Assembly (NCBI GenBank): GCA_964016885.1
Contig: OZ024743.1
Coordinates: forward strand, 181,040,001 to 181,104,000
Length of the DNA stretch: 64,000 nucleotides
Direction of reading: 5' to 3'
Source: Eledone cirrhosa
Taxonomy: Eukaryota
Shown in pieces: positions 56,133-64,000 of the stretch (positions are counted from its first letter, which is position 1; each line of letters begins with the position of its first letter). Made by a program: the position numbers and the translations under genes. The notes under the pieces were generated by a model, which saw only the letters and a program-made list of their open reading frames with translations, searched no databases and was not told where the DNA came from.

Positions 56133-56181
<49 letters not shown>

Positions 56182-56285
56182 AGGATAACAAGGTATCGTT
56201 TTTGTACAGCCGACCATGTTATTCTTCATTCTTTTACTATTAGATATATATATATAACGTTGGCAACATGACCCTCCCAAAGTAT

Positions 56286-56499
<214 letters not shown>

Positions 56500-56800
56500 A
56501 CTTACTCAATAGAAAAAAACAGATTTTTATAAGGATAGATCAAACGGAAAGCTATTACGTTAAGACTATGATACAGTTTTATAGAAAATTACATTAATCG
56601 GGTGTATTAAAAAATATGTCCATTAATATTTTACTCGCAGATTGCTATTGTTTTGATTTACGTATATTTAATGATAGCTGTAAGTTGCTATCTTTATTAA
56701 TTTCCTTTTAACTTCTAAATGTGATTCTTTCTCGTAGTATATCTTTCTCTTTAGAATCTGTATTACTTCACTCTTATTAAAGAGTATCTATTTACTCTTG

Positions 56801-56932
56801 CGGTGGCGAATTAGCAGAATCGTTAGAAAGTCGGATAGAATTTGTTGAAGTATCCGTTCCAGCTCTCTGCTCTCTCAGTTTAAATCCCACCGAGGTCGAT
56901 GAAAAAAGTACCTATCAAGTACTGGGGTCAAT
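56801..56932 (+). mobile_element. Degenerate tRNA-derived SINE copy with internal deletion
   Basis: Head GGCGAATTAGCAGAATCGTTAG, B-box-like CAGTTTAAATCCC, then GAGGTCGAT..AAGTACC..GTACTGGGGTC. Confidence 0.65.
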
Positions 56933-57299
56933 TCTTCCTCTATATCTCTTTCTCACTTCCATTCTCTCATTTTCTATCATTCTCTGAAAGAAATCTGCTG
57001 TATTCAAACCTGTAAAAGAGATGGACTCCGCCAGGTTTTGAAATGTCTTAGAAACGCCCTATGTCAATACTGCGCCCCTACGTCTCCCTCATGAGTTACG
57101 GGACCATTCGTGCATTTACTCTTGATATCTTAGGGCACCACATGCCTGAATAGTTGCGGAATTCGCTTCACAGTCATTACACTCCGACTCCGATCTCACA
57201 ACCCGGCGTTTCTGGTAAGTATCATTTGCTATAGCTTTGAGTCGACCCAAATGCCATGTTAATGGAATTAAATATATGAAAACTGTCTGGAAACCTGTC

Positions 57300-57485
57300 A
57301 GATGAACTACCTGTAATTCGTAGGGCCAGTCTTTCACACATTGTGTCACGCCGAATTTCACTGAGAATTACATTAACGGTACACACACGTGTCTTGGAAT
57401 GCTAAATCATTTACACGTTAATTTCTTGAGCGAACTGTTTCGTTGATCGAACTGGAACACTCATCGTCGAGACCAACGGAGGTCC
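57300..57485 (+). mobile_element. Probable 3' part of a second, older SINE family
   Basis: TGTGTCACGCCGAATTTCACTGAGAATTAC...CACGTTAATTTC...CGTTGATCGAACTGGAACACTCATCGTCG resembles an abundant octopus SINE as I recall it. Only one copy is in the window, so this rests on recall. Confidence 0.5.
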
Positions 57486-57555
57486 ATTCCAATTCCAGTT
57501 GTTCATCCATAAATTGATATCCACAAGTGCTGGGCTAAATAGACTATTTGATTAA

Positions 57556-58420
57556 TAATTATTTCTAATTGAGGCACAAGGCCCGCAACTTGGGTGAAAG
57601 GAAAAGTCAGTTAATTCGACGCCAGTGAATAGCAGGTACTTTATTTTATCGACCTCGGAAGGATGAAAAGTAAAGTAAACCTTGACAAGATATAAACTCA
57701 GAACATAAAGGGCCGTAACTAAATGTATCATGTTGTCCGATATTGCAACGATTCTGCCACTCCACCGCATTTAATGACATGAGAATAATGGTTTCTGATT
57801 TAGGCACAATGCCAAAGATTTGAAGGGAAAGAGGAAGGGCGATCAAATTGACCCCTCTGCATTAATGGTATTTTATTTTATTGACCCGTGAGGACGAAAG
57901 ACAAAGCTAACCTCTGTGGGCTTTGAACTCAGAACGTAAACAGCCGTAACTCTATACCGCAAAGCATGTTGCCCGACGCTCTACCGATATTGATAAGCCA
58001 CCGCCCTAATGACATCAACATAGTTGTTTCTGATTTAGGCACAAGATCAACAATTTTGTTGGGAGGAGAAAGTCGATTAATCGACCTCAGTGCATTACCG
58101 GTGCTTTATTTTATCGTCCCCATAAGGATGAAAGGCAAAGCTAACCATGACAGGTTTTAAACTCGGAATAGCATGTTGTCCGACAGTTACTATTCGTCTG
58201 ATTTAAATGAATTTAACAATTTCTTAGATTTCTTTTCTGGCGTCCTAACTGGTACATATTGATATCGTTAAACCATTATAGTGCACCCGTACCATGCCTG
58301 GTGTGAAACGGAAAGTTGATCCTGGTTTAATTTAGGATTTGAACTCAGAACATAGAGAGACAAAAACAAGCGACAACCGCAAGACATTTCGTCTGACGCT
58401 TTGCCGATTCTTTTGTCCCA
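57556..58420 (-). mobile_element. Cluster of about four diverged minus-strand SINE copies (57556-57768, 57784-58006, 58017-58185, 58325-58420)
   Basis: Repeated reverse-complement motifs TTTCT..TT.AGGCACAA, GTACTTTATTTTATCGACC..GGATGAAA and TTTGAACTCAGAAC. Confidence 0.85.
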
Positions 58421-58859
58421 CATTAAGAATCTACGCATGGATTCAACTAGATACAAATGTAAAGCTGCTGTTCAAAGAACGAACATACTTTTGACACTAG
58501 CGTCTGACTGACTCTCAGACTCGTAACAGAGTCAAGTTAAGCTGTTTCTGTCATATTTCTATTGCTGCATCACTGAATCAATGGCTAACTCTGAAAGCAA
58601 CTTCAACATCAGAGATATGAATCTGATTCATGTATAAAATACATCAAGTGATTCGTTATTAATACACAATATCACATTGGTATAATAATTGAGCTGTCAT
58701 AAGACATTTATTGACCGCATTTAAATTTTCAATAATTATAACTATAAAACAGAATTTCCTTTTAATCAATATTTGTAGGATGAAGATATATTTATTGTCA
58801 TTATTATTGGTCGGCCCTTGTGGCCAATAAATGAAACAATTATTATTGGTAGGGCAGTT

Positions 58860-59853
58860 AGGGCGGTAGATTTGCAAAATCAGTAGAGCGACGGACAACA
58901 TTCTACGTTGTATATAGTTACGGTTCTTTACGTTCTGAGTTCAAATTCCGCCAAGGTTAACTTTGCCTTTCATCCTTACAGGGTCGATAAAATAAAGTAC
59001 CAGTAATGCACTGAGGTAGATTTAATTGACGTTCTAATCCCTTTCAAATTGCTGACCTTGTGACTAAATCAGAAACCATTCAGTATCGGTAGAAGGTCGG
59101 ACGCCATGCTTTCCAGCATAGTTACGTCCCTTTACGGTCTGAGTTCAAATCCCATCGAGGTTAACTTTGCCTTTCATCCTTACGGGGTCGATAAAATAAA
59201 GTACCAGTAATGCACTGGGTGATTGCTGGCCTTGTGCCAAAAGTAGAAACAATTATTATTGATAGCGTAGTTAGAACGGTGGATTGGGAGAATCAGTAGA
59301 GCATCAGACACCATGCTTTCTGAATTCAAAGGTTAGCTTTGACTTTCATTCTTACGGGGTTGATTTAATCTACCACACACACTACACACACCCCAAAATA
59401 GTTGTGGACCTTCTACCTAAATCAGAAACCATTATTTTTTCTCTTCCTTCGGGCGGTGGATTGGCAGTATCGGTAGAGTCGGACACCATGCTTTGCAGCA
59501 TAGAGTTACGATCCTTTACGGTCTGAGTTCAAATCTTACCGAGGTTAACTTTGATCCTTACAGGTTCGATAAAATAAAGCACTAGTAACGTACTGGGGTC
59601 GATTTAATCGACTTTCCCCTCTCCCTAGTTACTGGCCTTGTGCCTATACTAGAAATCATTATTTTTGTGGATTGGCAGTATCGGTAGAGAGTCGGACACC
59701 ATGCTTTGACGCATAGAGTTACAGCCCTTGTCATTCTGAGTTCAAATCCCGCCGAGGTTAACTTTGCCTTTCATCCTTACGGGGTCGATAAAATAAAGTA
59801 CCAGTAATGCACTGGTGATTGCTGGCCTTGTGCCAAAAAGTAGAAACAATTAT
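58860..59853 (+). mobile_element. Head-to-tail cluster of five plus-strand tRNA-derived SINE copies
   Basis: Units start near 58860, 59081, 59277, 59451 and 59667. They carry an A-box-like TGGCAGTATCGG, B-box GAGTTCAAATCC, core GGTTAACTTTGCCTTTCATCCTTACGGGGTCGATAAAATAAAGTACCAG and tail GGCCTTGTGCC..AGAAAC.ATT, with individual copies variably degraded. Confidence 0.9.
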
Positions 59854-59899
59854 TTCTTCTCTTCTTTTCTCTCTTCTGTTGATTTTTATTTTGCCTTCC

Positions 59900-60190
59900 T
59901 TTGTTGTTGCTGTTGTTATGCGTGGAGTCGTAATGCTGTTGTTGTTGTTACTGCTGCTTCTGCTGCTGCTGATCCTGGTCCTGATTTGCTGCTGTTGCTG
60001 TTGTTATTGTTGTTGTAGTTACTTGTACCGTCCCCCGCTGATTATATAATCAAGATGTTATATTTGTTGTTGAAATACTGATAGTAATGGTAAGTGGGTC
60101 TTATACAGCTGTTGTAGCTGGTGTTGTAGTGGTGGCCTGGGTGTAGCTAGTAGTAGCTAGTAGTAGTAGTAGTTGTTGTTGTTGTTGTTG
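59900..60190. repeat. Degenerate trinucleotide repeats (GTT/GCT/GTA)
   Basis: Directly visible low-complexity runs. Confidence 0.85.
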
Positions 60191-60228
60191 CGTCGACAGT
60201 TATGAAAGTGGTAGATAATATTAATAGC

Positions 60229-60769
60229 GGAAATAATTGTTTCTACTTTAGGCACAAGGCCAGCAATTACCCAGTGTATTACTGGTACTTTATTTTATCG
60301 ACCCCGTAAGGCTGAAAGGAAAAGTTAACCTCGGCGGGATTTGAACTCAGATCATAAAGGGACATAACTATGCTAGAAAGCATGGCGTCTGACCCTCTAC
60401 CGATACTGCCAATTCCCCACCCTAATAGCGGAAATAATTGTTTCTTATATAGGCACAAGGCCAGCAATTTTGGCGGAGGGGAAAGTCGATTAAATCGACC
60501 CCAGTGCGTGACTGGTACTTTATTTTATCGACCCCGTAAGGATGAAAGGCAAAGTTAACCTCGGCGGGATTTGAACTCAGATCATAAAGGGACATAACTA
60601 TGCTAGAAAGCATGGCGTCTGACCCTCTACCGATACTGCCAATTCCCCACCCTAATAGCGGCAATAATTGTTTCTACTTTTGGCACAAGGCCAGCAATTA
60701 CCCAGTGCATTACTGGTACTTTATTTTATCGACCCCGTAAGGATGAAAGGCAAAGTTAACCTCGGCGGG
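60229..60769 (-). mobile_element. Three tandem minus-strand SINE copies (near-identical pair plus a truncated third)
   Basis: GGATTTGAACTCAGATCATAAAGGGACATAACTATGCTAGAAAGCATGGCGTCTGACCCTCTACCGATACTGCCAATTCCCCACCCTAATAGCGG is repeated at a 230-bp offset (~60337 and ~60567). Confidence 0.9.
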
Positions 60770-61076
60770 GTCTGGTTGATGAGTCTGTGGTGAAAGTGAT
60801 AGATATAGGCGTGGTGGTACTAGTAGATACAACAGTAACTTTTTTCTTGTTGATATTCAATAAAAAAAAAATTAAATTTCATTTTCTGATTTATATGATA
60901 AGGACTTCCTGCAACGCTTCCCAGTATTTCTAACACTACTACAATAACAATATCGAACAGTACCTCTCCCACAACTACCACAACTTATAGTACCACACAC
61001 TCAACCGTTACTATTGTATCTACTAGTACCACCACGCCTATACCTATCACTTTCACCATAGACTCATCAACATTAG

Positions 61077-61266
61077 TGGATTGGCAGTGTCGGTAGAGGG
61101 TCGGACGCCATGCTTTGACGCATAGAGTTACGGCCCTTGCCATTCTGAGTTCAAATCCCGCCTAGGTTAACTTTGCCTTTCATCCTTACGGGGTCGATAA
61201 AATAAAGTACCAGTAATGTACTGGGTAATTGCTGGCCTTGTGCCAAAAGTAGAAACAATTATTTCC
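61077..61266 (+). mobile_element. tRNA-derived SINE copy
   Basis: TGGCAGTGTCGGTAGAG head, GAGTTCAAATCCC B-box, full core and tail. Confidence 0.9.
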
Positions 61267-61304
61267 GCTATTAATATTATCTAATACTTTGATAACTGTC
61301 GACG

Positions 61305-61319
61305 CAACAACAACAACAA

Positions 61320-61357
<38 letters not shown>

Positions 61358-61392
61358 ACTACTACTACTGCTACTAATGCTGTATATATATA

Positions 61393-61427
<35 letters not shown>

Positions 61428-61541
61428 TACTGTGTATATATATATATGCATACACATACAATACATATATGATGGCTGCCCCCTCGTTATCGAGTATGGC
61501 CATTGCACGAGAAGAAAAAAAAAAATAAATAAATAAAATAA

Positions 61542-61577
<36 letters not shown>

Positions 61578-61677
61578 TAAAAAAAGAAATATATATATAT
61601 ATATATATACATACATATATACATACACACATACATACACACACACACACATATACACACAAACATACATTAATAAC

Positions 61678-61717
<40 letters not shown>

Positions 61718-61826
61718 GCAATAATAATAATAACGACAACAACAATAATAATATACATATTCATATATATACACACACACACACACGCACATAAGCATAT
61801 CTACACACACACACACACACACACAC
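61305..61826. repeat. Compound microsatellites (CAA, TAC, TGC, TA, AAT, CA) abutting the LINE 3' end
   Basis: Directly visible. Confidence 0.9.
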
Positions 61827-61834
61827 GATAGCAA

Positions 61835-64000
61835 TTAACAGTGCTGCGATCGAATGTGGCTTTTTAGCCCAGCCAATGATCTAAAATGTCTTGCACAGAG
61901 TCGGCAACCAAAGCATTCACTGGGAATAGTCGGCTGTGGTTGGAGTTCTTGTACTTTTGCATGTCGCTTGAGCCCTCCTGCTGATTTACATTCTCTACCA
62001 CATGTTTGGCAAGCATGATGGGTAGCATCTCCAACAGCAGCCTGGTAGTCAACCACTGGTCTTACTTTATGACTGCGAAGATGACTTTCGAGTCCAGCTT
62101 TGCTTAGGCAGAGTCTCGCACATACGCTGCATGTCAGCACCATAGGAGGACCCTCGCCGTCTGGAAGTGCAACAGCAATGCCGTTCCTCACATCCCGCTT
62201 TACTTTCTCGTGTGCGATTCGAGATGCCTCAAAGGCAACATTTCCCTCATGTACAGTCTTTCTCCATTTATTACGATCAGCAGCAATATTTTCCCATGTA
62301 TCAGCAGAGATGTTAGCGTCTTTCAGAGAGGCTTTCAAGGAGTCCTTATACCTCTTTTTTGGTTTATGTGGCGGTCGTTTTCCTTTAACCAACTCTCCAT
62401 AGAAGAGTTGTTTTGGTATTCTAGAATCCTTCATCCTGGCAAGGTGACCACTCTAACGGAGTCGTTGCTTAAGCACAAGAGCTTCTATACTGTCACACAT
62501 AGAGCTTTCCAAAATCTCGACATCACTGATATGGTCCCTCCAGTGAACGCCGTGGATCCGTCTGAGACACATCTGATGGAAACGCTCCAATTGCTTAAGG
62601 TGGTGTCGATATGTGACCCAGGTCTCGCAGGCATAAAGAAGACAAGAGAGTACACATGCCCTGTACACCTTTACCTTTGTCCTCCTGCATATGTCTCGCC
62701 GACCCCAGAGTCGCCTTTCTAGCTTTCCGAAAGCATCACTTGCTTTCCTAATCCTAAGTGAGATTTCACTGTCAAGGTTGCCGTATCGATTGACAGTGCT
62801 TCCCAGGTAGACAAACTGATCAACCACTCCAAGTCGTTTGCCATACACATAGATGTTTGGTTCAGTATACTGCTTACCAGGGGCAGGTTGGTACATGACG
62901 ACGGTTTTCTTGAGACTGACAGTCAGACCTAGGGCAGTGCAAGCGTCAGAAAATGCATTCAAAAGGTGCTGCATATCACTCTCTGTGTGCGCTACAAGAT
63001 CGCAATCATCTGCATACAAGAGGTCTCTTATGATTGATGTAAATACTTTTGTCTTCGCAGCAAAGCGCCTGATGTTAAATATGCTGCCTGAGGTTCGATA
63101 TCGGATGTAAACACCATGCTCGCAATTCCTGAATGCAATACAGAAAACCATTGCAAAGTATATGGCAAACAGGGTCGGTGCTGGAATCCCCCTGTTTCAC
63201 TCCATTTTTTACTGAGATAGGCTCCGACACGTTACCTCCGACATTAATCCAAGCCTTCATGTCGTCATGGAAAGACCTAACTAAAGCAAGGAACTTATCA
63301 GGGCAACCAAGTTTCTGGAGAACCTTCCATAATGCATCTCTGTTGACAGTATCGAAAGCCTTTGTCAGATCGACAAAAACCTGATACAGATCCAAGCCTT
63401 GTTCAATGCACTTCTCCTGGAGCTGTCTGGCTGAGAAGATCATATCAGTAGTGCCGCGTCCAGCACGAAAACCAGATTGACTTTCAGGAAGAACACAATC
63501 TGCAATGTGTGTCAGCAGACGGTCCAGAAGCACCCTACATAAAACTTTCCCTACGACAGAAAGCAATGATATACCTCTGTAGTTCCCACAATCATTCCTG
63601 TTACCCTTTCCCTTGTACAAGACCACCATTACTGCATCTCTCCAGTCCTCAGGTACGGATTCATTAGCCCATATCCTTCCAAACAAAGAGTGCAGACGTT
63701 GCAGGAGTCTCTCACCACCATATTGTAGGAGCTCAGCATGTATGCCATCCATACCTGGAGATATTCCACTGTTCAGCTTCGAAATAGCCACTGCAACCTC
63801 CACAAGCGTCGGAGGTTCTGCGAGAGCTACTTTCACAGGACTTTCTGGAATGAGATTGAGGAAATCTTCACTGACGACAGACGGCTGATTCAAAAGATCA
63901 TCAAAGTGCTCTCGCCACCTTCGTAGAATTCCCTGTGAGTCACGAAGAAGTTCTTTGCCATCCTTGCTGCGAAGCGGTGTCACCAGAGAAGAAGACGGTC
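61835..64000 (-). mobile_element. RTE-clade LINE, disrupted RT ORF with three C-terminal C2H2-type zinc-finger motifs; continues beyond the window
   Basis: Motifs SPGMDGI, YKGKG..DCGNYRGISLL, PESQSGFR, FVDLTKAFD, GVKQG, LLYADD, FVYLGS. A frameshift near 63186 (GVKQGD then [11 protein letters not shown] in another frame) and a TAG at 62453-62455 in place of W (LR*SGHLARM) split one ORF into the three track ORFs. Confidence 0.95.

Larger units (their letters stand above)
51290..56141 (+). mobile_element. Full-length Penelope-like retroelement (Naiad-type) with inverted 5' copy of its 3' region and a terminal direct repeat
   Basis: Intact RT-GIY-YIG ORF. 51290-51969 is the reverse complement of 55374-56050. 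51967-52030 equals 56078-56141 (64-bp direct repeat). (TA)n lies on both outer sides (51209-51292, 56136-56181). Confidence 0.92.

Noticed and set aside
58860-61266. tRNA genes (A/B boxes)
   Set aside because: The boxes belong to SINE heads. No cloverleaf is evident and each is followed by the SINE core.
62100-63926. Plus-strand ORFs of 62-170 aa
   Set aside because: Antisense shadows of the RTE reverse transcriptase coding sequence with no independent motifs.

Overview
Eukaryotic (animal) repeat-rich DNA with no prokaryotic features. The SINE families and microsatellite density suggest a cephalopod such as Octopus (recalled similarity, not verified). Bases 1-~43,450 are one tandem satellite of a 41-bp monomer (GGAGTACCACTCTAGTTGTGCCACTGATGCAGCCAGTTGTT, about 1,060 copies by length, with a recurrent 40-bp variant) organised into nested higher-order duplications. 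The array runs without a gap and in 41-bp register into the decayed 3' end of a minus-strand RTE-like LINE, which suggests the satellite is an amplified LINE terminus. The remaining ~20 kb is AT-rich and contains: a fragment of one Penelope-like element (PLE); a complete Naiad-type PLE (742-aa RT plus GIY-YIG ORF, ~680-bp inverted flanks each holding a hammerhead ribozyme, a 64-bp direct repeat, set in (TA)n); about 15 copies of a tRNA-derived SINE in tandem and inverted clusters; a disrupted RTE LINE with three C-terminal zinc-finger motifs; many microsatellites; several hairpins; and one candidate 153-nt coding exon. Nearly all short ORFs in the track are artefacts of repeat translation.
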